64,000 nt of DNA from Lingula anatina (GCA_051362555.1 CM120640.1:19158001-19222000); one strand, 5' to 3'. Positions 14,801 to 28,310 are shown, counted from the stretch's first letter. Notes: a model not told the origin generated them from the letters alone. Numbers and translations are program-made.

Positions 14801-17800
14801 AGATGATTATAACACTTGTTTCCTGGGTCGCATGCGTTCCAGTATGTGGACGCCAGATTTGCCATTTTGCTTGTTAAATTTTGAAGCATTTTTCGTGGTC
14901 AGAGGTTAAGTGAACCAATCGATGGAATCTTAACCTCTGACACTTCTGAACCATTTCGTCCGGTTCATACGTAAAACAGAACCGCGCACCCGTGTGCCCC
15001 AAATTTTCCACCAAACAGATGGCTTGATCCTTATCCACATCTATCACTTAGTACTACTAATATCAAAAAGTAGTGTCGCTGTTCAGGTGTTCCCCATAGC
15101 CCATCTGGAAAACGCATTTACCGCCACTTGCTGGCTTACAAATGCACCTTTCCATATGTACTGCGGTCAACAGGGGGAGATGTGATTGTTTTTCTCTTTG
15201 AAATCTGCCTCTTGTACGCAGCCTAACAAATGATTTCACTTGTAACCCCACACATTTATTTTGTAGTAAACAAGACCTGAATGAAACCTCGGCTAGGTTG
15301 TTTATTCTGATACCCACGGCCCTGTCTTATAACAGACGCGGTATTGCAGTTTTGCAGCGCGATCTGGTTAATTGTGTGTGTGTGCTTTAATTATCCGTAG
15401 CATCATATATTCTGTTGTCCTTATTGAACTAAATGCACCCGGAGTTGGCAGGTTTCTATGTAGTGCATAAGGAGAGCGTTCTCACCTGCTGCTGTAGGTA
15501 AGGCGAAATACCACAGCAGCACGTCTTATCCTAGTTTCTCCAACCCTCTCCATTTCTTATCATAATCATCGATACGGGCGCTTATCTTTCTTTACTCCTG
15601 GATGTGGAAACGATTATTTACTCCGTTTCCTACTTTGAATGAATCTGAGACACTAGACGGCTTTGATGTCGAGAGGTTTAAGAAAAAGTCTGACACTTGA
15701 GTCACTTCCCTCTAATGTGATCGGTTGAGAAATAATAATTTGAAGGCGCACGGGTGACAGGTTTATCGTCGGTGATCTCATTTCAAGGTATTCATTCATC
15801 ATGTATGACACATTACACGAAAAAGGTGTAACTCCAAAGAGCAGTAGAGTTCAAAGTGATGCGGCAGCTTTTTGTCCGTTAATCGTCGGTAAATGCCCAT
15901 AGCTGGAGCTCAAGTTTATGTCACATGGAGTAAGTTAAGAGGTGAAGACCTTGTGCATTGAGGAACGTAAACGCACAGTCGTATGAATACGAAGTGGAGA
16001 TATATTGGCAGTGCAAAGCGATTAGTGTTAATGTTGATACTTAAAGGAACCGATTGATTTAGAATTTTGAAACACCTGGCGCGCACAATGTACACCTTGA
16101 TGCATTGCGTTTGGAAATAAAAGCCCATCCTAACCCATTTCCCTCACGAGAGCTATCTGCCCCTTGTAACACGCCGACACTTCCTTCCTATTTACAATAA
16201 CCCCTTTTCGCGTTTAACCAAGGGGAGAAATAGTAGCGGAATTCTGAATTATTGTCTCGTTAAATACGGTTGTGTACGGTACGCACAACCTTTTGTGTGT
16301 ATAGATAGGGATGCACTTGGTCGATTGCTCTGGAATGCAGATGTGTATGTAGGCGTACTGACAGAAAAACAATACTGCATTAATCCACGCACTTAATCGA
16401 TATGCACTGGGGCAATAACAGTCTCCTGATGACCCATTCCACTCACGGCCCAAATAAGAAAAAGGTGATATCTTCATGACGTCATTTACTTACACCGTTT
16501 TGATTGGTCTGAAAGTTTTTTTGCCATTTGCAGCATGAATTTGATTGGATGATTTAGTGATGACGTTTATCAGCATGTGGGTATTTTTATCCTTTTAGGT
16601 ACAAGAGAAAACGTAAACAGAACATCTTCAAACAGATGGGAATTAAAGGACCCGAACCTAATTTTCTGTTCGGCAATCTACATCAGTTAGGAGAAGAAAA
16701 GGTATTGAGTTATGAAATTGTTGAAAAAAATAAACAATGAAAAAAACATTCCCAGTAACCAGTTTTGTTAAAGTACCGACATTACATCAGTCGTGCTGAG
16801 GGAAAAAAAGTGGTTTGCCATTTGTATTTCATTCAGTCTTTTCATTGTTATTCTTACTCTGCATTGTATTAAATCCTGCCTTTTGTTGTAAATTATGTTC
16901 TATTCGTGTCGATATTATTGAACACAGTATAGATAATAGAGATCATCTGCCATCAAACCTGCTCTTACTTGTTGCAGTTATTGTACCAAAGATATCGAGA
17001 ATGGACGAAACAATACGGGAAGGTGTATGGGTAGGTCTAGATTCTCTCCCTCTCTCATTATTTTAAAAAAATCATCCCAGCGAAGACTTATGGGATGAAA
17101 GTTTTAATGCAATAGTGGTAATCTATAAATTTCATTCTATGCACAATCTTCTGCCTTGTTTCATCGATATTAACAAACATTTCCACGAATCGGTTTTAGG
17201 TATTACGAAGGCTCCACCCCAGTCTTAGTAACGTCCGATCTGGAAATACTAAAGCAAGTTTTTATAAAGCAGTTCAGCAATTTTCATGGCAGAAAGGTAA
17301 GACGTACCTTCAACGTTGGTGATGTTTTTTTTTCAACATTTTGTGAATTCTTCATGAACCAAGCAGGAAAGAAGTGTTTTTATTTACTGAGATTCACCGA
17401 TTTGACGTAATGTTAACTTGATTGTTTTTTTCGAACAGTTATTGGATATTCGTCAAACCAAACCAGGAAGATGCTTTTTTCCTTTTGAAATTTAACCTTT
17501 ATGCGAGTTGCAACATGGTAACTTTTTTCGAACAGTTATTGAATATTCTAAGAACCAAACAAGGAAGAATATTCGCGTACTGATGCTTTATCGGTTTACA
17601 ATACGTAAATGCAAAAAAGGTCGATTCTCAGTAATCATTTAGATTACCATTGTCAGTGTAGACTGCATAATGTTTCATGTTTTACATGTGTTATATCCGC
17701 GTCAGATATTTGCGGTCAGCATGATCACCAGATCTCAGCATATTTAACGAAATATCAATAATTCCAGTTGTTTCCCCTGCAACCGCATCCTGACACCGGG

Positions 17801-20800
17801 AGAGAGTGCCATATGCTGCTTACACGCGGAGACCGCTGGAAGAGACTGAGAACGATAATAAACCCAACTTTTAGTGCATCAAAAATGAAACAGGTAAATA
17901 TTTAAGTCTGAAATGACTTTTCTTCGACTATGTACAATTGCTGCAACTTATTCAGTTGTGTGAAACTTCTTGACACACTGAGCTCAACCCCCGATCCCCA
18001 TCAAGTTCCTAGGTGTCCTCTTTTTTCCTTTTTGCTGAAAGACTACCATATTCTGTATGCATTATTGCCACTTTTATAATCCAGTTTTCTTGTTCTCACC
18101 CAATATACATTATAATATAGTCGTTACTTGCAACAAGGCCAGTAATAGTGGAATGATTCCATTCAGACAAGGACTGCAACCTGCCGTCGCTTATGTACGT
18201 GTAAACTCCCCATCCCTACTTTTTTCATTACGTTCTTGAATCGTGTTGTATTTGTAGAACATCTCACTGGCCATGATGTCATTGGCCAGTCACTGTCCGA
18301 ATAACGACATTAGGGCCTATCATTTTACTCTCAAAAATTCTGGATGCAGAAAATGAACGTGGAATGCAATCTCAACTTAGCAAATCGACGAACTTATTCA
18401 ATAAAGAAACATGTATACTCTTTGAATAATGATGGTTATTCATCAAATTTTTCAATGACACATGAAACACCAGGTGTAACATTGAAGTGTTGAAAGGATA
18501 GGTATTTGTTGTTAACTGAAACCTACCGTTTATGGGGCTTAAACGCTAGACGGTCGCCAGTTATACTGTAGAAATGATATCTGTAATGGCTTCAATGACA
18601 TCCGAAACTTGAGGTAAAAAGAGTTAAAAGTTAAAAAGACGCCAGAAATTTTAAAGGGAGCTCGATATAATATTCTTTGATACCCGAAACTTGAACTTAA
18701 ATCGTGTTAAAAGTTAATGTGACGCCAGTTATATTATGAAAATGACATATTGACTGAAAGTTTGACAGTGGTGAATAAATTAAGGTACGAATTTGACACA
18801 AGTCTGTTGGGCAGAAAAATTGTCGGGATTACAAGTTACAACATTTTGTTTTCTTTTATCTTAGGCATTTCCATCATACTCGACTGACTTATGCATTAAT
18901 TAAAAGTCAAGATTTCTTTAACTCTTTTATACCCATAAAATATACCTTACATAAATATCACTTTGTCGCTGCATTAGAATTTCACAAACCATCTATGAGT
19001 TAAGAATGCAAGTCCATGGGAGTGCGAGTTGTTAAGACGCTTGAGAAATGTATCCTTATCAGGGGTATCTAAGTTTATATAGAAAGTTTAGCCTTTTAGT
19101 CTTTTTATGATTTTTTTTTTGGTTGTGTGTTTTTGGTGACACGTTCATATAATTCATGCTGGTACTAAGCGACATGACCTCCCAGCGTGTATTGAAAAAT
19201 CAATTCTGATTGTCCTGTCAGACAACCCAAGTAACTAGAGAAGAGGGGAGACACTGTAATTCTTCAAAGAGATTTCTGTTTCCCCTTCTGTATCAAATAT
19301 CTCTAACGAAAAATTTGATGACGCTTTGCGAAATAGAAATCCTTCCTAAAAATATAATTTGACACCTAGGGCTGCTTTATCTGTTTTCCAAATTGAAAGA
19401 CTGGCTAGACAACAACTGCTCTCTGAATATGTTGAGTAATTGTTTAATTTGATTTTCAGATGTGTCCTTTGGTCAATAAATGTGTTGACGTATTTATGGA
19501 AAAGATTGAAGAAGAACGAACAAATACGACAGATGTTGATTTGACAAAGTAAGAAAATGCCTCACACTTTATGAATTACCTTTAGTATCACAATTTTAGT
19601 CTAAGGTTGTGCCCGTTTTTCATTCCTTAGTGTTGTTAAAAGCAAAAAATAATCAAAATGATTTTATACGTTTTTTTGCACTTATTTCCAGGTTAACAAA
19701 GCGTTTGACAATGGATGTGATAAGCGAGTGCGCGTTTGGTGTGGAAATACAATGCCAGCAGCAACCAAACCATCCATTTTTACAAAGATCAGCTAAATTG
19801 TTTGAAATTGCAACAGAAAGACCTTTCCTTTTGTTTACTGCCAGTGAGTTATTTTGATCATTATAAACTGAACTTGACATTCAACATACCATATGCGCCC
19901 ATAAAATGAGATTATCTGACTATATAAAAGTTACAATTGCTAATACTCAACACGATATGAAGCCATAACTGCCGAGAGAGTCAGCAGGCCTTTTAATTTT
20001 TTTCCTTTAACAAAGTAAGCAACGTAGAGACAGGTATACAGTAAGCTGTTTGTTAATAATTATGTTTGTTTGCTTTTTAGTTTTGTTCCCAGAATTATCC
20101 CGGTTTTGGTGGGGGATGCACCAACTTATGGGCATGTTCCGAGAGGATGCCTTTAAATGGCTCGCTCAGCAACTAGAAGAAGTCATTAATCTCAGGCGAA
20201 AAGATCAAAATGTAAGTACATGTGCTGGCACCGATTTTCTAGATCGTGTTTCAAATATTGCTGTAAATGATATAAACTTACGTAATGCTGACACGTAAAA
20301 CGTAAGCCGATCGTTATCTTTTATATACTTGAATTATGTTTTCTTTTACACAAAACAGCATCGTCGCGTCGATCTCCTGCAACTAATGATCGATGCAGAG
20401 AAGTATCCAATTCACGAACTGCGCACATCTCAACTCACCATGACGTCAGACCAGAGTTCTTCCACTGAAGATAAGCGCAGCAGAAGTAGCTCTTCAGACT
20501 TCAATTGTAACCGTTACAGCACTCCCAACGGCTACACAAATGGACACGTCAATGGCTACGTCAGTGAACATCAGACCCTAGCCAATGGCCATACGAATGG
20601 ACATCTTAATGGGCATCTGAACGGGGCCTCAAATGGACATAAAAATGGTCTTAATGGCTATAAAAATGGTGCCAGCAATGGTCACGTGAATGGTATCACC
20701 AATGGTCACGTGAGTGGCGTCAGTAATGGTCACGTGAACGGCACTACTACTAGTTTGAACGCATCCACAAATGGAATCAACGAAGAAAGGGGCCATCCTA

Positions 20801-23153
20801 AAAATGGCGTCACGACGGGTCCCCATAGCAACGTAAATTTTGATTTGAGTGATGAAGTTTTTGACGAAAAAAAGCCAACGAAATCAGGACTCACAAAAGA
20901 GGTAAATCTAGTTCTTCTGTTTGTTGTCCTCTTTGCGATGCGCATGTGCACAATTCAATTTATGAAGCCACCTTACTTTAAGAAAGGAAAAAGCTGTCAT
21001 CCAAAAATGACTGTTTCTTTTAATTTTGCAGGAAATAAAGAACCAAAGCGTGCTATTCCTATTAGCTGGTTATGAAACTTCGAATACCCTGATGCAGTTT
21101 CTGCTGTACGAACTAGCAATGAACCCGTCAATACAAGACAAATTGCTGGCAGAAATTGACGAACAGTATGAAGAAAATGTGAGTACATTTTTATTTATTA
21201 GTTAAACTTTGTTTAACAGGTTGTATTGGGATATATCACCACCATTTGATTTATAATGTTGTATACAAATAATGTAAATGCTTTCCCATCCTTCAGGATG
21301 TAGGAGAAATGTTAATTCTTCCTAACATATTTCATTGAAGCAATTATTTTCCTCTTAAATCGCATACTATTTCCTTTCTCCTAAAAAAATTAATGTGAAC
21401 TTCAGCGTGTGCACTTATGTTGTGTTCGTAGTCCAGTTACAGTTTTGTCAGCTTCAAGCAATACCCATAGTAGTAATGGGTCTAAATTGTTTAGCAGAAA
21501 ATCGGTTATTGAGGGAAGGATACATTTTTGGTCCAGAATGAAAATGAAAACATGCCATTTTATATCTATCAGTTTCAGATAAACTCGAGTGAGTTTGAAC
21601 GTTCTTCCCTTGCTTTATGTCGAAAACACATCAGATATGAAATTGCCTTTGAATAACGAGTGAAAATAAAATCCGGACAATCAGTACTCAAGTAGACATC
21701 TTTTATAATCTGTTGTTCTCTTTTCAGGAAGTGCCAACATACGAGACCGTAACTCGTTTAATTTACCTAGATATGGTGATCTCTGAGACTTCAAGGTTAT
21801 ATCCCATCTCAGCACTGTAAGTGTTTAGGTCAATAATGCATATTGGTGAAAAATTGATTTTTGTCACAAAAAAATTAAATACCAGTGAATAAGGGTACGT
21901 GCAGCATGAAGCGTAGAAAATGCTGGTGATCACCTGATTTCATGGACATATTATAAAAGCTGATTTATATTTCATAAAATTTAAAAAAATTAAAGTTAAG
22001 TTTCTAGCTGAAATTAAAGTCATATTTGTCAAGAATATCACAAAACCTGAATACAATTTAACGGGCATGCCATTTAAAATGGCTATCGAAATCACACTTA
22101 ACATGAAATAAGTACATACTAATGGTTTTTTTTTTTTCTATATCTTAAGATTCATTAGCCGAAGGTGTATGGAATCGTGTGTGGTCAGCGGAATCAGTAT
22201 ACCCGAGGGGGTCACCGTCCAAGCAGACGTTTGGTCAATTCATAGAGACCCAGACGTATGGGGAGATAACCCAGATACATTTGACCCAGAAAGGTGAGTA
22301 TTTTGTTTACCAATGTGGCATACTTGTATTTATGTATATTATTTTTTCCATGTTGAGGGACAGTCCTGGGTCTTGTATGCTATGTAGCATGTTTACGTGT
22401 GGGCGTTTCTTCTCAGCAACGATATTGATCGACATTAGTTCTTTGTGATCTAATGGATTTTAAACGATCTGTCGAACGTTTTTTATTTTTACTGTTATAC
22501 TTAATAAGCTCCATGGCTTAGGAAAATCGTGATATGAGAAAGAAACTGTCTATAGTGGCGGGACTGACGGTGCTAATACTAGTTTCACACCCAATTCACA
22601 CTTCAACTAAATTACAACATTTTTCTTGCCCACTGATCCGTTTCTTGCCAAGTAACGATGTACATATTGATTGGTGTGTTTATAGCTGTCCTTAGAAGTT
22701 CATTGCCCTTTCTAAGTTCATTTATTGTACAAGTTGCAATTTTTTGGGTACGAAGAAAAAAATTGTGTAGAAGACACCTAGATATTTGGGACTTTGCTGT
22801 GGAAACGAACACTTGTGTGAGATATTTTACGTGCCGTGAAATAATCCACACATGTTCGCAGTCATTTCAAATTCTTGTATTTTTTTCGTTGCAGATTTAG
22901 CCTTGAAAACAAAGTCAACCGTCACCCTTTAGCATGGATACCGTTTGGGGCTGGACCCCGAAACTGTGTGGGCATGCGATTTGCTTTGATGGAAATGAAA
23001 ATTACGCTAGTCAGAATGCTACAGAAGTACACAATCAATAAGAGTGTGAACACACCCGAGAAATTGACTCTAAGAGAAGGGGGCGCCATAGTACCGCTGG
23101 AACACATTGTGCTTTCGATGGAGAGGCGGAGAAGGATCCCCGCAACAGACTGA
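8754..23153 (+). CDS. Cytochrome P450, clan 3 (CYP3A/CYP5A-like), 13 coding exons, 663 aa
   Basis: Exons joined by hand with GT-AG ends and consistent phases: 8754-8812, 16599-16701, 16978-17030, 17200-17296, 17768-17893, 19460-19548, 19692-19843, 20081-20211, 20359-20901, 21032-21178, 21728-21816, 22150-22293, 22895-23153 (total 1992 nt). Motifs: N-terminal anchor [20 protein letters not shown], proline hinge [15 protein letters not shown]-helix WKRLR, I-helix AGYETS, K-helix ETSR, FDPERF, heme loop [10 protein letters not shown]. Confidence 0.95.
16599..17893 (+). CDS. CYP coding exons 2-5 (proline hinge to C-helix)
   Basis: [27 protein letters not shown]; [11 protein letters not shown]; [32 protein letters not shown]; [22 protein letters not shown]. 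All canonical splice sites; missed by the ORF track because the exons are short. Confidence 0.93.
17425..17570. repeat. Local ~45-bp direct duplication in CYP intron 4
   Basis: ttttcgaacagttattg(g/a)atattc...aaccaaac(c/a)aggaaga occurs near 17428 and 17525. Confidence 0.7.
18545..18750. repeat. Degenerate ~83-bp tandem repeat (2-3 copies) in CYP intron 5
   Basis: Recurring ccgaaacttga...gttaaaagttaa...gacgccag blocks near 18602-18645 and 18684-18728, with a partial copy near 18553. Confidence 0.6.
19460..21178 (+). CDS. CYP coding exons 6-10 (helices D-J, including the long H-I insertion)
   Basis: [60 protein letters not shown]; GT-AG boundaries in phase. Confidence 0.93.
21728..23153 (+). 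CDS. CYP coding exons 11-13 (K-helix, PERF, heme-binding loop)
   Basis: [14 protein letters not shown]; [20 protein letters not shown]; [22 protein letters not shown]; stop TGA at 23151-23153. Confidence 0.95.
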
Positions 23154-24269
23154 ATTTATGGGAGAGAAACTACGAGAGAGTCTTAAGGCGGAGCTCTTAA
23201 CAGTTCAATTTCTAACTTACACCAAAGGGTTTAGTGGCAGAGCATAATGCAAATTAAAGGACCGTCCGAAATAGACAAAACAAACAAACAAATTTAACAA
23301 TCTGCTCATTAGAGAGAGGCGATTGTTAAGAAAGAGAGAGGATCAAGAACAAGAATTTGCCATGCTGTGTTCACGTGCACAAATAAGGTGAAAATCTGGA
23401 TGAAGTGGTCTGTTCCGTCACAACAGACCATGAATTTTATGGGGGAGGGGGGAATTATTCAAAGCAGTATTGGACATATGTTACTGTTTTTCTTGACTGC
23501 ATGCATTTATTCATTATCAGGTGCAAGAAAATGGTTGTTAAAATCAAAAACGTACACAACTTATGGATTGTGATACTTTCTGATTCATTAATCTTTTTTT
23601 TTTTTTTTTTTGTATATTTATTTATTGTAGAATTATATGCCAAAGATTTAATTATACGTGTGGATGTATTCGTATGCCTATATAGATGACGACGTTTGGC
23701 TCCTGCTTTTTGGGATAACTTAAAAAGTGGAAACGTTATCCTGGTCAGTATTAATCTTTCCCTGCTTTAGCTGACAGGGAAAAGCTTAGTGGATTACAAC
23801 GTAAAAAAGCATGACCTTTGAATTAATGTTGAAATCTAACAGATAAATTATTTCCATTTTCATTTGCAAATATTTAACAGAAAAAAAAGTTGTTAAATTG
23901 TCACCAAGTGGTTTGCGCCAAAGGACTCTTTGTGACTGACACTGCTAGTTATATTTATTCAAATTAACTGAACAGAAACGAATCTGCATCGAAAAATTAG
24001 ACCAAAGCAATGAATCGATGAATGTTTCATACAAAGTTGGTCAAGAAATTATTAACTCTCTGGTTCTTGTCAATACGACAGTTTATTTTTTTAACTTTTT
24101 CCCCGATGTATGTTGATGCTAATTTGACCTACCTCATTACGACTACCAATGGGTTTGGTTATGAAAAAATCAAAAGAGTAATCCACTAAAAAATTATCGT
24201 ATTTATATGCGCTATTTATATATGTCATATTTATAGATGTTGAATTGGGTGCGTAGACATAGCATCAAT

Positions 24270-24830
24270 GCAAATAAATGTATATTGAAGACAATGATAT
24301 AAACGTGAACTTACGTATATGAGTGAAATGATTTCTGTATAATATAACATTTAGCGTGATGAACTGTACATCAACAAACAATTAATGATATTTTATTTGA
24401 TGAATATATTTTTGTAATTTTGTAGTCTCTCGCCTGCATGTCATTTTCTGTTTGAAAGGTAGTGTGCATTACGCATTATATCAAAGTCCATGGTGCAAAA
24501 TAAATGTATGTTTGCTATACGCCCCTAGTTGCCATTCAGTCACAGAATTTGGTTATAAGATAGATGAAGGTGAAGATGCACAAATATCCCAATTTTCCAT
24601 AGCTGATTCATTTTACCTCAAGTTCTTGTAGGTTGTTTGTCCACATCCATGGGTCCTTTAGTTTTCCTTTTTAACTGCATATCGTGAAATGGGGTCTCGT
24701 TATAATTAAGCACAAATGTGTAAATGTTTTTGACTATGACATTTATATATAATATATTAACGTCTATTAAAATGTATTGTTGAATAAATTACAACTCTAT
24801 GAACAAGATCTGCAGTGTTTTGCTTTTACG
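24270..24830 (+). terminator. Candidate CYP polyadenylation region
   Basis: AATAAA near 24273, 24499 and 24783; the last is followed by a GT/T-rich tract (gtgttttgcttttacgggtgtt). Confidence 0.35.
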
Positions 24831-26099
24831 GGTGTTACACTTAAACGTGATTTCTTTTTTCCATTTTAACGTTTTGAAGACAGAACAGAAGTGAAAAAAC
24901 ACGATGTGTGTTTTAAAATGACATCTGTATATTTATCTATCAAAAAGACAGGTCCAAGGCGTGGACCCATGGTAAAATCCAAGTCGCATTTTCTGTGATG
25001 TTAAATATATTTATTAAACATAAAACCGATTGAAAAATATCAACGAATGAACAGTTCTATCTATCAGGACGCCAATCGACGTTTCTTTTTGTGTCTGTTT
25101 ATATCAATACTGTTGAGAGACAAGATCTTGAAAGAAAAAGATTTAAAAAACAGGGTACTGCCAATACACAGATACAAGGTACAAGATGCATTATTCAGTT
25201 AATTACAAATTAAATAAGGCTTAACTATTAACGACAGTTTTAACGAAAGAAGAACTTGATTTGAAATTTTGAATCTGTGTGCATGATTATTATTCTACCC
25301 ATTCATTTACAGGAGTTATTTAATAAATTTGAACCTTTAACAATAGTAAATTATACACCAAAAACATCAATGCTACTGCACAATTTGACAGTACCCTGTT
25401 GAAATATTCTCGGTCTTTTTTCTCAAACAGATACAGACACAAATCCAGTAAACAAGACAGGTTGCTGGCGATGAAAACGAACCCATTAGTCGGCCTATAA
25501 CGCCAATACAACCCACTTCAAGAGGTTGACTGAATACAAATAAAAATCAGATGCACTTTAGTGAAAACGCATGGTTTTTAATTCGATTTATATCTAATCT
25601 GTCGATTGAAGTTGAAAATAGTAGAAAGGATAAGTTTCAGCTTTCAATATTAAAAATCGGAAACAGGTGTGTATTTTGGTCGTTAATTTGCGCGCTTCGG
25701 TGGTAAAAGGGCGGAGACCGTCTTGTTAATCGACGCTATCTGTGTAGTTTTAAGAGGAAATGTACGGTTTCACGCCCCGGGCAAAATAATGAAAAATAAC
25801 GAGAAGAAGACAGACTGATATAATAAAAATGTGGCTGAAAGGAATATCTATCCGCTAGGAATTCAAAACTGAACGTTTGTCCCAAAATGAGTTTCGCATT
25901 TGAATATTTATTGAAAGAAATTAAACGATATGAGCGAGTTGTTTGCCTGTTATGTTCGAATCTATCATTGCGACAGGTGATCTAGCGCAATCGTAGGCCT
26001 CAGGTGAAGTCAATCCATTGCATTTTAGAACTAAGAAGATATTAACTGGAAATAAATTACGTCAGCCAATTTTTGGTTTGACTGACAGAAAATGATCAG

Positions 26100-26100
<1 letters not shown>

Positions 26101-26145
<45 letters not shown>

Positions 26146-26153
26146 GTAATAAT
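26101..26153. repeat. (AAT)n microsatellite
   Basis: About 14 perfect units followed by degenerate units. Confidence 0.95.
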
Positions 26154-26519
26154 GACAAGTGAATAACTTGGCCATATTTTGTTTATTTGACATTAATACC
26201 GTTTCCTAGAATTAGGTTTATTAGAAACTATAACAAAACCATGCATATGAAATTTAAAAACAATCAAACAAACCATCGTATTAGTTTCCTTGTGACAGTT
26301 TCAATTTCTGATTCAGATATTCGATATTGGTTTCATTGTGATGATAGACAGTGCACTGGAATGTTTACCTAAACCCACGGCTGTAGAACTTGGTGCAACG
26401 TAAAGTATAGGTTAGATCGTGGCGCATTTATTAATATATTGTAATATTCAGTAGTTTCACAATGGTTGTATACAATAAATGTGGTACTGTAGTTAAAAAG
26501 AATAAAAATTAATTTTATC

Positions 26520-28310
26520 AAACAATCTGTCAGATCAGATACGTTTGCCTTTGTCTTGAGTATAGCATAAGGCCAAAACTTCTCACCTGTAATGAGCAGT
26601 ACCTGTTGATATTTACATAACAATGAGTGGACCTTCCCAGTTTGAGCTGTCTTCCAGAATAGTCACTTGACAGTTGGGGACCGTGAAGAGAAGACGCAAG
26701 AATATGGGTGGCTTTCATCAGGCGTAGAATGAACCATATCTTGGTCCAGCTTTTATCAAGCGTAGGGGAAAATATATCTTGTAAGTATCATTATTCATAC
26801 AAATAATTTCTGTCATTAGTTACCGAAGGAACGAAAAATGAAAAGGGTAACCGGGCCTACGTACGGCAATTATTTCAGACACGTGCCACTGCAACATTAT
26901 GCTCAATTGTTATGTGTTACAGTTTGAGATTGAAAACATTCAGTGTATTTTGCGCTCGTTTCAGTCAATTTAAAGAAGAAAAAACGTCATCAAATGTTTG
27001 AGAAACGTGTCTTGGCTCCATTATGTTTGTTATTATGTTGGTCTTAAAAGAATATATTGGTTCTGAAAAATTACGGTTAATGTTACAATTTCGGATTGGG
27101 AAGATACAGGAAAAACGGTACTTGTAGCTGACATTTGAGAAAAATCTCAGAATGTTTGCTATTCATTACGTTTTAAGAAACCGTATCAACATTGATAGAC
27201 AATTGAAAGACCATTTATGCGAAGTGAAAATGTTTTCATATGTATTTCATAAGTAGGAACGCAGCCACGTTTACATATAGGCTACTGATTGTTATAACAT
27301 CGTTGTGTTTCCGATCCATTGGCGTTTAAAGGCGTAAAAGCGTAAGTTTATAACCGAAGTAAGTTTCTCTGCTTGTTTCAGGTGAAACTTCGGCATGAAG
27401 GGCAAGTCTTTTTCGATAAATTCCTCAAAGATAAGTATGCTTCATGTATCTCAACACAAACATACAAATTCGCAAGCACCCACTCCCGCGCGCACACACA
27501 CACACACACAAAATGCTTGGAATAAAAGATGGACAGATATTTAACATAACCTCTCTTCCGTGTCAAGTGTGTCATTTACTGTTGAAACATTTAACCACTA
27601 TCTACACATAATATTACATTTTATATTGAAAAAACTTAACTTGATCGTACTTGCGTCCAAATTATGTGAAACATATTCATTTGTTCATTCTAAAAGAACT
27701 GTGAATGGCATCATTGTCAGTCCTCGGTCCCCTCATACATGTATGGTCAGTCATTGCTCTGCTATGAAACAGTAAATCAAAATGGTTAGCAATGAGCTGT
27801 TATCCGACAAACATATAATGCATAGCCATTATATTATGAATAATCAGTTTCAATAGTAAGTGCACTAACTAAACGACCATTGCAATTTAATATTATTTAT
27901 TTTAGATCATAATTTGACATGAGGTAAGTCCAGCCATTGCTTTTGCACGGTGCTTGCTGAGACTGAATTTTGGCAAGCCAACAGAGATGTAAGTGATTTC
28001 AATTGAGGGCATCCTTTCTTTTGTAATATATTATACATCAGTTATATTTAAGAGCATGTCTATTCATAGACAATAGACCAAACTTATTAAACGTTATACG
28101 TTTCTATGTTTCAGAAATTCCGCCTTCTTCGAGAAATTGCACATCATACGCCTGCAAGAAACTTGATCTTTTGGTTGTATTCGGGAACCCGACGCCTACT
28201 CACGCTCGTTGACCATCTGAATGAACTGAATAAATTATTTTCTCTGTGGTTTGTAATTTTAATGTGGCGTAGTAATATTAGATAACAATTACAATAAATA
28301 AAATGGGGAA
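26520..28310 (+). other. Uncharacterised spliced locus A (lncRNA, small-protein gene or pseudogene), homologous to locus B
   Basis: 26602-26697 matches the reverse complement of 30696-30791; donor TCTT|gtaagt at 26781; acceptor tttctatgtttcag before 28115; AATAAA near 28229 and 28293. Confidence 0.45.

Noticed and set aside
401-16500. Numerous 60-124 aa ORFs in the ORF track upstream of the CYP gene and in its first intron
   Set aside because: No recognisable domains, many use non-ATG starts, and their lengths are within chance expectation.
26590-26745. Selenoprotein reading of in-frame TGA codons in locus A (one aligns with TGC in locus B)
   Set aside because: Other TGAs align with non-Cys codons, frames shift between the copies, and I could not identify a SECIS element.
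27906-27923. 18-nt microexon (tttag|ATCATAATTTGACATGAG|gtaagt)
   Set aside because: It has stop codons in all three frames, so it cannot be an internal coding exon; it could only belong to a non-coding transcript.
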